This document shows positions 1-9,032 of a stretch of DNA of 64,000 nt, one piece after another. Within the stretch, counting starts at the first letter, position 1, and each line of letters opens with the position of its first letter. The position numbers and the translations under genes were made by a program. Source of the DNA: Promethearchaeota archaeon (lineage in GTDB: Archaea > Asgardarchaeota > Lokiarchaeia > Sigyniarchaeales > SOKP01); NCBI GenBank assembly GCA_016840165.1, contig JAEOSU010000072.1:256001-320000 (forward strand), given 5' to 3'. Under the pieces are notes generated by a model. That model was not told where the DNA came from. It searched no databases and saw only the letters and a list, made by a program, of their open reading frames with translations.

Positions 1-202
1 CCTGAAATTTAATTTTTATTTCTTCAAATGTTCTCGCGTTATTTCCAATGAATTTTAGCAAATCTCTCCTCGTCTGATTCATCATTGTTCTATAAGCAAG
101 ATAATGATCTTTTTTAGGATTAGTATGTTTTGTTAGTTCTAAATATTTCTTCATTTCCTCGTCATCTAATTGACAAATTTCTAATATTTCTTTCATATCC
201 AT
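1..202 (-). CDS. Winged-helix (ArsR-like) regulator, truncated by the window edge
   Basis: Not in the ORF track. Manual translation from ATG at 202 gives MDMKEILEICQLDDEEMKKY...NQTRRDLLKFIGNNARTFEEIKIKFQ, open to the edge. NxTRRxLL..I...TFEEI resembles an ArsR-type wHTH. GTGA RBS lies upstream. Confidence 0.6.
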   Translation of the reverse strand, partial: MDMKEILEICQLDDEEMKKYLELTKHTNPKKDHYLAYRTMMNQTRRDLLKFIGNNARTFEEIKIKFQ

Positions 203-344
203 CGTAGATTCACTTTTTATTCATATTATTTTCATTTATTTACTCTACCACTTGATTTTTAAAATTAAATATCCAATAAATAATCATTTTTTTGAGAAAT
301 TGACATTGAAATACATTTTTAAAAACTTTTAAAAAAATATCGAT

Positions 345-400
345 ATCTTTATATAGGATTTTTAATATATTCCTACATGGGATTATTCCTATATGAGACT
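345..400. promoter_or_regulatory. Three near-palindromic 16-bp boxes, candidate PadR operators
   Basis: ATCTTTATATAGGATT (345-360), ATTCCTACATGGGATT (369-384) and ATTCCTATATGAGACT (385-400), directly upstream of the padR start. Confidence 0.5.
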
Positions 401-418
401 ATTATAATGGATTAAAAA

Positions 419-1042
419 ATGACAGCTAATACTCAAAAAGGAATGGAAATTGAGTTAAATCATAATCAATTTACTTTATTAGGGTTAGTTTCTGAAGGAG
501 AGCCAGAATATCAGTATCAAGCAACATATCCATACATGATAAATAAAAAAATAAAGGAGAGAGGTATGGAGGCATGGACAAATATAGGAGAAATGGGCAG
601 ATCGTCTATTTACCGAATTTTAAAAGAATTAGAATCATTGAAACTTATTACTCACTATACTGAAGAAGTAGATAATAGAAGGCGTAAAGTGTATTCTATT
701 ACAGAAAAGGGAATTACTCTTTTAAAGAAAAGAATATACGAGGTTATAAGTAACTTTATAGGAAAAAACGATGAAGATTTTTATGTTGCATTTTCCATGC
801 TTCCACTCTTGAGTCAAGAACAACAAATTGAAGCATTCACTAAATCAATTGAAAAGATAACAAATCATATAGAGGAATTAGAAGAAATGCTAAAACAAAA
901 TGCTCAATTCCCTCTTAATGTTACTGGATTATTTATGCATCCTATTGAAATCCTTAAAACGGATGCTAAATTTCTCAGATGGGTATTAGAAGAATTAAAA
1001 AAAGGAAAAGGAAAAGTAAGGTTTAGTGATTATAATAAATAA
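419..1042 (+). CDS. PadR-family transcriptional regulator
   Basis: LLGLV...YPYMI...SSIYRILKELE..KLI...RRRKVYSITEKG wHTH pattern plus a helical C-terminal domain. Confidence 0.85.
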   Translation: MTANTQKGMEIELNHNQFTLLGLVSEGEPEYQYQATYPYMINKKIKERGMEAWTNIGEMGRSSIYRILKELESLKLITHYTEEVDNRRRKVYSITEKGITLLKKRIYEVISNFIGKNDEDFYVAFSMLPLLSQEQQIEAFTKSIEKITNHIEELEEMLKQNAQFPLNVTGLFMHPIEILKTDAKFLRWVLEELKKGKGKVRFSDYNK

Positions 1043-1086
1043 CAGAGCAAATTGATATATAATAATATAGATTAGGTGATTTTAAG

Positions 1087-2223
1087 ATGAAATATATTAT
1101 AAAGGATTTTGTTCATAGAATAGGACAGCACTGTGAGTCATCTTCGATGCGTGATTTATTCGAATACTACGGATTTCCTATGTCCGAGGCAATGGCATTT
1201 GGTCTTGACGGAACTATGGGATTTGGATTTTTCGATAGCACAGGTCAAAGTTCATTTATTCCAAATACTGAAGTTCCCTTTTTTATTGGGGGAAAACAAG
1301 GAACGATAGAGCCTAATAGCCTAGCGTGTCGATTATTAGGAATTAGTTTAAGGAAACAATCGTTTACAAGTACTAATAAAGCGTGGGAGGAATCCATAAA
1401 ATTAATAGATCAAGATACGCCTCTCCTTATAAGAGTCGATATTGCTTATATGCCATATGAAGATTTTGATACAGAACTTGAGGTAGCTCATTTTGGTGGG
1501 CATGCTGTCACGTTGGGGGGATATAATGACCAGAAGGAAATAGCATATATTGGTGATACCGAATTTGAGGGATTTCAAGAAGTTCCAGTGAAAGTTCTCA
1601 AGGAAGCAAGAAGTTCAACTCATGGACCTAAATTTTTACATCCCAAAAATACACAATTTTCTATGACTCCTCGACCTGATGGAAAACATCCCCCATTAGC
1701 AGCAGGTATAAAATTAGCGATCCAACAAGTTGTTAATAATATGCTACGACCATCAATGAACTTTAATGGAATCCAAGGATTAAAAGGATTTGCCAAATCA
1801 ATTCTTACATGGGGGGAAAAACTTAAAAAAAGTATCATAGATTCTAAAAGTGAACATATTTCTTTAGCTCATCTGATGTTTGAGCTTATATATGGATATA
1901 TTGAAACCTGGGGTACAGGAGGAGGTTCATTCCGTAGACTCTATAAAGACTTCTTAGTTGAACTAAATCAGCATTCTGAGCTTAGAGAAGGTTCTAGAGC
2001 GTGGAGTTCTGATGAATTTAGCATTCTTGAAGAAGTTATCCCATTAATTGGTGATTCTGCCGATAAGTGGACTTATATCGCAGAAATTCTGAAGAAATCG
2101 GTGGATGAATATAAAGATGACTGTTTAAATCATGTTGATTTCGGTCAATTACACAATATAGCAATTGATATCTTAACTAAAGAAGAGGAAGCATTCAAAA
2201 AATTATCAAAACTTAAAATTTAG
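1087..2223 (+). CDS. BtrH N-terminal / DUF4872 protein (papain-like C39 fold)
   Basis: GQHCESS (Cys), SEAMAFGL, HFGGHAVTLGGY (His), and C-terminal GTGGGSFRRLY. Confidence 0.75.
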   Translation: MKYIIKDFVHRIGQHCESSSMRDLFEYYGFPMSEAMAFGLDGTMGFGFFDSTGQSSFIPNTEVPFFIGGKQGTIEPNSLACRLLGISLRKQSFTSTNKAWEESIKLIDQDTPLLIRVDIAYMPYEDFDTELEVAHFGGHAVTLGGYNDQKEIAYIGDTEFEGFQEVPVKVLKEARSSTHGPKFLHPKNTQFSMTPRPDGKHPPLAAGIKLAIQQVVNNMLRPSMNFNGIQGLKGFAKSILTWGEKLKKSIIDSKSEHISLAHLMFELIYGYIETWGTGGGSFRRLYKDFLVELNQHSELREGSRAWSSDEFSILEEVIPLIGDSADKWTYIAEILKKSVDEYKDDCLNHVDFGQLHNIAIDILTKEEEAFKKLSKLKI

Positions 2224-2234
2224 GTGTGCAATAA

Positions 2235-2663
2235 ATGGAAAATAATAACTTAGCAGCACCATGTGGAATGTATTGTGGGATGTGCCGACAATACTTAGCT
2301 TTAAAAAAAGGACTATTAGAAGAGAAAGGTTTGAAATTAGGTTGTCAAGGATGTCGAATACGAAATAAAAATTGTGTATTTATAAGGAGAGACTGTTCCA
2401 AATTAAGAAAGAAGGAAATTGAGTATTGCTATGAATGCGAGGAAATGCCTTGCAATAACCTCAAGAAAATTGATAAAATATACATAGATAGGTATTCTCT
2501 AAGTTTCATAAAAAACTTAAGAAGAATTGAAGAGATTGGAGTAAAGTCATGGCTTCAAGAGCAAAAAGAACTCTACACTTGCCCAGAATGTGGAGGGGAA
2601 ATTTGTATTCATGATGGGGAGTGCTATGATTGTGGTTTAAAAATAAATCCAAATATAGGGTAA
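2235..2663 (+). CDS. DUF3795 Cys-rich protein
   Basis: APCGMYCGMC, CQGCR, YCYECEEMPC and a C-terminal CPECGG...CYDCG. Confidence 0.8.
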   Translation: MENNNLAAPCGMYCGMCRQYLALKKGLLEEKGLKLGCQGCRIRNKNCVFIRRDCSKLRKKEIEYCYECEEMPCNNLKKIDKIYIDRYSLSFIKNLRRIEEIGVKSWLQEQKELYTCPECGGEICIHDGECYDCGLKINPNIG

Positions 2664-2672
2664 GAGTAAGAA

Positions 2673-3089
2673 ATGATAGAGGAAAAAGTAAGTTATTGTG
2701 GTTTATATTGTGGAGCATGCCCTTCTTTTCATAAAGGAACGTGTTTAGGATGTAGATCAGAGGATAAAAATCAGAGTAGAAAATCCAAGTGGAGTTGTAA
2801 AATTCGAAAATGTTGTATTGAGGTAAAAAAGATTGAACATTGTGGTCAATGTGAAGATTTCCCGTGCAAAGAAATGAATCGAAAGCTCATTAATTCGCAT
2901 CAAAATGATCCTAGATTTGAATATCGCCATAAAATACCTCAAAATATGAAAGCTCTTAATAAGTTGGGTCTCAGAGAATGGGCTCAAGCTCAAGCAAAAT
3001 TATGGTGTTGTATAGATTGTGGAAAACCCATAATTTTTTATTATAATAAATGTAGTGTATGTGGAAAAGAAAAGAATAAAAATGTCTGA
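2673..3089 (+). CDS. DUF3795 Cys-rich protein (second copy)
   Basis: YCGLYCGACP, CLGCRS, CKIRKCC, HCGQCEDFPC. Confidence 0.8.
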   Translation: MIEEKVSYCGLYCGACPSFHKGTCLGCRSEDKNQSRKSKWSCKIRKCCIEVKKIEHCGQCEDFPCKEMNRKLINSHQNDPRFEYRHKIPQNMKALNKLGLREWAQAQAKLWCCIDCGKPIIFYYNKCSVCGKEKNKNV

Positions 3090-3753
3090 AAAAATATTAA
3101 AAGAATTGGATGCTGAGGGGCTTCGAAATGTTTTTCTTAAATACACGAGAAAGGCATTTAAAAGTCTCCCAAAGATCGATAATCCTCGCATTCTTGATGT
3201 TGGATGTGGTACAGGTCAACCGAGTCTAGAGTTGCTCAAATTAAGTGATGGTGAGATCTATGGAATTGACATTGATCAGGGCGCATTAGATAAATTAAAA
3301 TTTAAAATTAAACAAAAAGGACTATCGGATAGGCTGAGAATTTATAATTATTCTATATATAATACCCAATTTGATGATGACATGTTTGACATAATATGGG
3401 AAGAAGGAGTATTGCATTTGCTTAAAATTGAAAAAGCTTTAGCTGAATGTAAGAGAGTGTTAAAATTCAATGGATTCATGGTTACAGGGGAAACAACTAG
3501 CTGGGCAGGGAAAAGTCTTAAAATATTCCCTAAATTTGGTTTTAAATTAATAAAAGAAATAAAATGGGAAAGAGAATGTTGGTGGACAGAATATTACGCT
3601 CCTTTAGAAAAAAAAATAAAAATCTTGAAAAATAAATATGGAAATATTGAAAGGATTGAGCAAATTAGACGACATCTTAGGGAAATAGAAATGGTTAAAA
3701 AAAATCCCTCAAAATTTGATTGTACAACTTATATAATGCAAAAAATTAAATAG
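3082..3753 (+). CDS. Class I SAM-dependent methyltransferase
   Basis: ILDVGCGTG motif I, GIDID and FDIIWEEG. The ATG at 3082 overlaps the end of the previous gene (ORF track starts at 3055). Confidence 0.85.
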   Translation: MSEKILKELDAEGLRNVFLKYTRKAFKSLPKIDNPRILDVGCGTGQPSLELLKLSDGEIYGIDIDQGALDKLKFKIKQKGLSDRLRIYNYSIYNTQFDDDMFDIIWEEGVLHLLKIEKALAECKRVLKFNGFMVTGETTSWAGKSLKIFPKFGFKLIKEIKWERECWWTEYYAPLEKKIKILKNKYGNIERIEQIRRHLREIEMVKKNPSKFDCTTYIMQKIK

Positions 3754-3768
3754 AGGATGAGTGAATAA

Positions 3769-6270
3769 ATGGATTTTATAAAAGTAAGAGGCGCAAGAAT
3801 TCATAATTTAAAAAATGTAGATGTAGATATTCCCAAAGGAAAATTGATTCTTATAACCGGCGTATCTGGCTCAGGGAAGTCTAGTTTAGCATTTGATATC
3901 ATATTTGATGAGGGGATGAATCGTTATCTGCAATCAATCGGCTTCCCACCTAAATTTGAGGATGAAAAACCGTTTGATATGATTGATGGGTTAAGTCCTA
4001 CGGTTGCTGTAGAACAAAGAACAACAAGAGTATTTAATCCTCGTTCGACAGTTGGAACTAAAACAGGTCTTTATGCCCTCCTACGTATGTTATATGCCAC
4101 AGAGGGAATCTTAATTTGCCCAATTTGTAAAGAACCAGTCAATCAAGCTACTTTGGAATGCGAATTATGTGGAATGGTAGTTGATCGAAAACAAATAAAA
4201 CATTTTTCCTTCAATGAACCATCAGGAATGTGTTTAGAATGCAAAGGGAGAGGCTATAAAATGTTTTTAACAGAAGATATGATTGTTCAAGATTATAATC
4301 GGAATCTAATAGAAATCACTAAAGCTGGATCTGCTGTATTTGCAGATCAAATTAGATTTGTAGAACAATTACCAAGATTTTATAATTTTGACATTAATAC
4401 TCCCTATAAAGACTTGCCAGATGAAATAAAACAAATTTTCTTATATGGAAGTGGAAAAAAACTGAAGTTTCAATGGGAGTCGAAAACATTCTCTGGAGAA
4501 TTGGAACGAGAATTTGAAGGCGTTATCCCTCATATTAAGCGAGCTTTAAGTGAGAGTAAGAGTGCATATCGACGACACAAGATTCATAGTAATTACATGG
4601 CAAAAAGGAAATGTGATGAATGTGATGGATATAGAATAAATAAAGAAGCACAAGAGATAAAGATTGAGGGCAAACATATTGGTGAATTAGCAGAAATGCC
4701 TATTGATGATTTGATTGGCTATTTGGATAAATTACCAAGAAGTAATTTTAATAGCCCACAAGGCTCATCAGTTCTAGATTTAATCCTAGTAAGTCTTAAT
4801 CGCATGGTGAGGGTTGGATTAAAATATCTACATTTAAATCGAACATTACCAACTCTAAGCGGGGGAGAATTACAAAGATTATCACTAATGACTCATTTAG
4901 ATGGAGGGCTAGATTCATTAATATACATATTAGATGAACCAAGTATGAGTTTGCATGAGCGTGAAAAGGATTCTTTAGTAGTTATATTGGAGGAACTAAA
5001 AGATTTGGGGAATTCTGTAATAATTGTTGAACATGATAGACGATTTATTAATATTGCTGATGAAATTATTGACATTGGTCCTGGAGCAGGTGTGAATGGT
5101 GGTCGAGTTGTATTCCAAGGAAATATAAAAAAGATTAAGGAAATTGAAGAGTCTTATACTGGTCAGTTTCTCGCAGATAAAATCCACTTGCCAATTAAAT
5201 TAGAAGATGACCGAAAATCAATTGATAGCGAGACCAGATATCTCACAATTAAAAATGCAACAACTAATAATCTTCAAAACATAACTGTTAATATCCCATT
5301 AGGAATGATGGTAGGTATTGCAGGAGTTTCTGGATCTGGTAAGAGTTCACTTATATTAGATACCCTTGTCCCACTACTAAAACCCCTCTTCAAACGAGGA
5401 AGTAATAGCAATAAAAAAGAAAAAAATGATAATGGAACCAACGAAGAGGATGAGGAAGATCTATTAGAATATTCTGGAACTTTAGAAGGTTGGGATAACT
5501 TAGATAATGTAGTGGTTATTAATCAAAAACCGATATCCCGAGTAAAAACCTCTACTCCTTGTTCTTATATAGGAATTTGGGGTAAAATAAGAAGCATTTT
5601 TGCTAAAACTACAGAAGCAAAGAAAAGGAAATATACACCTGGTCACTTCTCTTATAACTCCGAAAGTGGAAGGTGTCCGATATGCAAAGGAAGCGGGGAA
5701 CAAGATTTACAAATATCATTTATTAGCAGTTTCTCGATTCCTTGTAAGGAATGTAAAGGATCACGGTATAAACCAGAAATTTTAGATATAACTTTCAAGG
5801 GCAAAAATGTTGCTGAAGTACTTGATATAACCGTAAGTGAAGCGCTAGATTTATTCAAGTCTCAAAAAAGTATCTACAATGTTCTCAAGATCTTAGATGA
5901 TATTGGTATGGGTTATATGGCTTTAGGACAACCTGCACCAACTCTTAGTGGCGGTGAAGCTCAGCGAGTTAAACTTGCGAAGGAACTTGGAAAACTTCGG
6001 AAAGGAAACTCACTGTATATTCTTGATGAGCCTACGGTAGGTTTAGCATTTTATGATGCTATTAAACTTGTAGAGCTATTAGAGAAACTTGTTCAAGAAG
6101 GGAATAGTGTGATTATTATTGAACATGATCCAGAGATTCTCTCCTATACGGATTATATTATTGAATTGGGACCAGAAGGGGGACCAAAAGGAGGAGAGAT
6201 AATTGCAGAGGGCCCACCAATTAAAATTAAGTCAAATGAGTATTCAAATACTGGTCCATATTTAAACTAA
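3769..6270 (+). CDS. uvrA: UvrA-like ABC ATPase, short class II (UvrA2/DrrC-like)
   Basis: GARIHNLKN, two GVSGSGKSS Walker A motifs, two LSGGE signatures, ILDEP and Zn fingers. At 833 aa the segment after the first Zn knuckle is too short to hold the UvrB-binding domain. Confidence 0.85.
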   Translation: MDFIKVRGARIHNLKNVDVDIPKGKLILITGVSGSGKSSLAFDIIFDEGMNRYLQSIGFPPKFEDEKPFDMIDGLSPTVAVEQRTTRVFNPRSTVGTKTGLYALLRMLYATEGILICPICKEPVNQATLECELCGMVVDRKQIKHFSFNEPSGMCLECKGRGYKMFLTEDMIVQDYNRNLIEITKAGSAVFADQIRFVEQLPRFYNFDINTPYKDLPDEIKQIFLYGSGKKLKFQWESKTFSGELEREFEGVIPHIKRALSESKSAYRRHKIHSNYMAKRKCDECDGYRINKEAQEIKIEGKHIGELAEMPIDDLIGYLDKLPRSNFNSPQGSSVLDLILVSLNRMVRVGLKYLHLNRTLPTLSGGELQRLSLMTHLDGGLDSLIYILDEPSMSLHEREKDSLVVILEELKDLGNSVIIVEHDRRFINIADEIIDIGPGAGVNGGRVVFQGNIKKIKEIEESYTGQFLADKIHLPIKLEDDRKSIDSETRYLTIKNATTNNLQNITVNIPLGMMVGIAGVSGSGKSSLILDTLVPLLKPLFKRGSNSNKKEKNDNGTNEEDEEDLLEYSGTLEGWDNLDNVVVINQKPISRVKTSTPCSYIGIWGKIRSIFAKTTEAKKRKYTPGHFSYNSESGRCPICKGSGEQDLQISFISSFSIPCKECKGSRYKPEILDITFKGKNVAEVLDITVSEALDLFKSQKSIYNVLKILDDIGMGYMALGQPAPTLSGGEAQRVKLAKELGKLRKGNSLYILDEPTVGLAFYDAIKLVELLEKLVQEGNSVIIIEHDPEILSYTDYIIELGPEGGPKGGEIIAEGPPIKIKSNEYSNTGPYLN

Positions 6271-6401
6271 GTTTAAGTATAGTAGGATTATAGAGAATAT
6301 GATTATTCAAATTATAGGTGTCAAAGAGAATAATCTCAAAAATATTTATGTATCCATTAAAGATTAGGAAAGCTCAAATATATAGAAAAACTGAAAATAT
6401 C

Positions 6402-7016
6402 ATGGAAAACCTCAAAAAAAAGGATTTTGTACCTGAGAGTCTTGTTAATGAATCAATATCAAATCCAGAAATTCTAAAAGAATTAGTAAATAATCTACTC
6501 AAAAAGGAGGATACAATCAGGTATAATAGCCATAAAGTATTACTGTTAGTGAGCGAAGCTAATCCTGAGATCCTATATCCTGAATGGGTTTTCTTCGTTA
6601 ATCTATTAAAGAGTAAAAATAATTTTCATAAAGTAATTGGTATTCAAATTTTAGCAAATCTTTCTAAAGTTGATACTCTAAACAAATTTGAAAATATTTA
6701 TGATGACTACTGTGATTTACTTGATGCGAAAAGCGTGATGACGACAGCACATTTAGCAGCGAATATAGGTAAGATAGCTAAGAATAAACCAAACTTAAGA
6801 GAGAAGTTAACTCAAGTATTATTAGATATAGATAAAACTCATCATGAAATTGGTCGAAAAGATTTAATTAAAGCGTCAGTTATTGACTCTTTTACGGAAT
6901 ATTTCAATGAGATAAAAAATAAAGAAGAAATAATAAGATTTGTAGATGCGCAATTGAAGAGTAAAAGTCCTAAAACGAAAAAAAAAGCTGAAGAATTTCT
7001 TAAAAAATTTAAGTAA
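6402..7016 (+). CDS. HEAT/ARM-repeat protein (alpha-solenoid)
   Basis: Repeats such as DTIRYNSHKVL, HKVIGIQILANL and SPKTKKKAEEFL. ATG at 6402 is the likelier start than GTG at 6318. Confidence 0.55.
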   Translation: MENLKKKDFVPESLVNESISNPEILKELVNNLLKKEDTIRYNSHKVLLLVSEANPEILYPEWVFFVNLLKSKNNFHKVIGIQILANLSKVDTLNKFENIYDDYCDLLDAKSVMTTAHLAANIGKIAKNKPNLREKLTQVLLDIDKTHHEIGRKDLIKASVIDSFTEYFNEIKNKEEIIRFVDAQLKSKSPKTKKKAEEFLKKFK

Positions 7017-7081
7017 ATAGAGCGATATATACTAATAATAAATAATTATAGTCAAATAAAAAAAAAGGAGATAGGGAATTT

Positions 7082-7489
7082 ATGAGAAATTCGCTACACC
7101 ATGCCCATCTATTTGCGACCAATGTTGATGAAAGCATTAAATTTTACAAAGAAATGTTTGGAGCTAAGTTATTATTCGATTTGGAAATGGCAGGAGCTCG
7201 AAATATAATGATTCAGATTGGAACATCAAAAATCAATTTCTATGATCAACCCCCTAAAGATCTAGGGCGAGGTACGATCCATCATTTAGGAATTGAAACT
7301 GATAATTTAGAAGCTCTCGTAGAACATATGAAGAGTAAGGGTTTTCAATTTAGGAAAGATATAAGAAGTTTTGGTCCTATGAAATATGTTATGGCAGGAG
7401 CTCCTGATAATGTACTTTTAGAGCTTTTTGAGGTAGTTAAAGATAAATTACCACAAGATCAATATGAATTAATATCATCATTGGACTAA
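7082..7489 (+). CDS. VOC family (glyoxalase/bleomycin resistance) protein
   Basis: LHHAHL...ESIKFYKEMFG, IHHLGIETDNL and APDNVLLELFE. Confidence 0.85.
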   Translation: MRNSLHHAHLFATNVDESIKFYKEMFGAKLLFDLEMAGARNIMIQIGTSKINFYDQPPKDLGRGTIHHLGIETDNLEALVEHMKSKGFQFRKDIRSFGPMKYVMAGAPDNVLLELFEVVKDKLPQDQYELISSLD

Positions 7490-7620
7490 TTATAAGTGAG
7501 ACTATTCTAATAAGAAATATTCAAATCAATACTATTTATAACTAATTTTCTAATTTAAAAATATCACAAAAACAATTATTACACCTCTAAAATGTTATAT
7601 TGTAAAAATTAGGATTTTTG

Positions 7621-7676
7621 TGAATAATTATTCATGTGTCACATCATTGTGACAGGATTGTGACAACATTTAAATA
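7621..7676 (+). promoter_or_regulatory. Operator array and TATA box upstream of actin
   Basis: Perfect palindrome TGAATAATTATTCA (7621-7634). TGTCACA (7637), TGTGACA (7648) and TGTGACA (7659) at 11-bp period. TTTAAATA at 7669-7676. Confidence 0.6.
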
Positions 7677-7795
7677 TTATAATTAGTTTTATCTTATTAA
7701 AATCAAATGCTGGAATAAATCTTTAGTTATTAATGTATTAAACAAGATCAGAGAAATTACAGGATATGTTGATTTAATTAAAACTTAATAGCCTA

Positions 7796-8986
7796 ATGAG
7801 AAATTGTAGCATTATACCAACAATAAGTAAAGTCATGGAGAATTATGATATGAAAGATATTAATTTTAAGAAAGCAATTATAATAGATAATGGAACAGGA
7901 ATCTCTAAGAATGGTTTTGGTGGTGAAGATCAACCGAGATCAGTTTTTCCAACTATGATGGGAACTCCAAAATACGGAACAGTAATGCCTGATGTAAAAC
8001 ATTTCTCAAGAGAGCATTATATTGGAGAGGAAGCAATGGAACTGAAAGGTCTATTGAATCTTAAATTTCCAATTGAACACGGGATTGTGGAAGATTGGCC
8101 TGCAATGGAAAGACTTTGGCATTATACTTTTTATACAGATTTAAGGGTTGATCCTTCAGAGTATCCAGTTCTTCTTACTGAAGCACCATTAAATCCTCGC
8201 CAAAATAGAGAAAAAATGGCTGAAATTATGTTCGAAACATTCAATGTTCCTGCGTTATATATTGCTATGCAAGCAGTCTTATCATTATATGCTTCAGGAA
8301 GAACTACAGGGACAGTAATAGATATAGGAGATGGAGTTTCTCACATCGTTCCAATTTATGAAGGATTTGCTTTAAGTCATGCGATAGAAAGGATTGATTT
8401 AGCTGGACGGGATGTAACAAAATATATGAAAAGATTATTGCGTCAGAATGGTTATTCATTTACCACTAGTGCAGAAACAGAAATTGTAAGAGATATTAAA
8501 GAGAAGTTGTGTTATGTTGCAATTGATCCTGAAAAAGAACTTTTACTTTCAAAGAAAGTTAGCGGTATGAATAAACATTACATGTTACCAGATGGAGAGA
8601 CCGTGAGTCTAGGCATTGAAAGATTTTTAGCACCTGAGTGTTTCTTTAATCCCTCAGTTATTGGAAAAGAATTAGAACCTATTGATGAACTTATTGTCAG
8701 TGCAATAACTGAGTGTGATGTTGATCTTCGAAGAGATCTTTATAGCAATATTGTTCTGTCTGGTGGATCTACAATGTTTCCTGGTATTAAAGAAAGAATA
8801 ATTAAAGAAATAAAAGAAATGATCTCTGAATCTGTGGATGTTAGGATCATCAGCCCACCCGAACGAATGTATTCCGTTTGGATTGGAGGTTCGATTTTGG
8901 GCTCATTAAAGACCTTTCATAGAATGTGGATCACAAGGCGAGAATACAAGGAATTTGGACCAACGATAATTCATCGTTGTTTCTAA
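7796..8986 (+). CDS. Actin (Asgard, close to eukaryotic actin)
   Basis: [93 protein letters not shown] and C-terminal IIHRCF. True start may be 7835 or 7850. Confidence 0.97.
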   Translation: MRNCSIIPTISKVMENYDMKDINFKKAIIIDNGTGISKNGFGGEDQPRSVFPTMMGTPKYGTVMPDVKHFSREHYIGEEAMELKGLLNLKFPIEHGIVEDWPAMERLWHYTFYTDLRVDPSEYPVLLTEAPLNPRQNREKMAEIMFETFNVPALYIAMQAVLSLYASGRTTGTVIDIGDGVSHIVPIYEGFALSHAIERIDLAGRDVTKYMKRLLRQNGYSFTTSAETEIVRDIKEKLCYVAIDPEKELLLSKKVSGMNKHYMLPDGETVSLGIERFLAPECFFNPSVIGKELEPIDELIVSAITECDVDLRRDLYSNIVLSGGSTMFPGIKERIIKEIKEMISESVDVRIISPPERMYSVWIGGSILGSLKTFHRMWITRREYKEFGPTIIHRCF

Positions 8987-9032
8987 TAAAAGTATTATTT
9001 TTTTAATTTCCCTTAACGAGGAAAATAAAAAT

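Noticed and set aside
3769-6270. Canonical nucleotide-excision-repair UvrA
   Set aside because: Too short in the UvrB-binding region, and no uvrB/uvrC nearby
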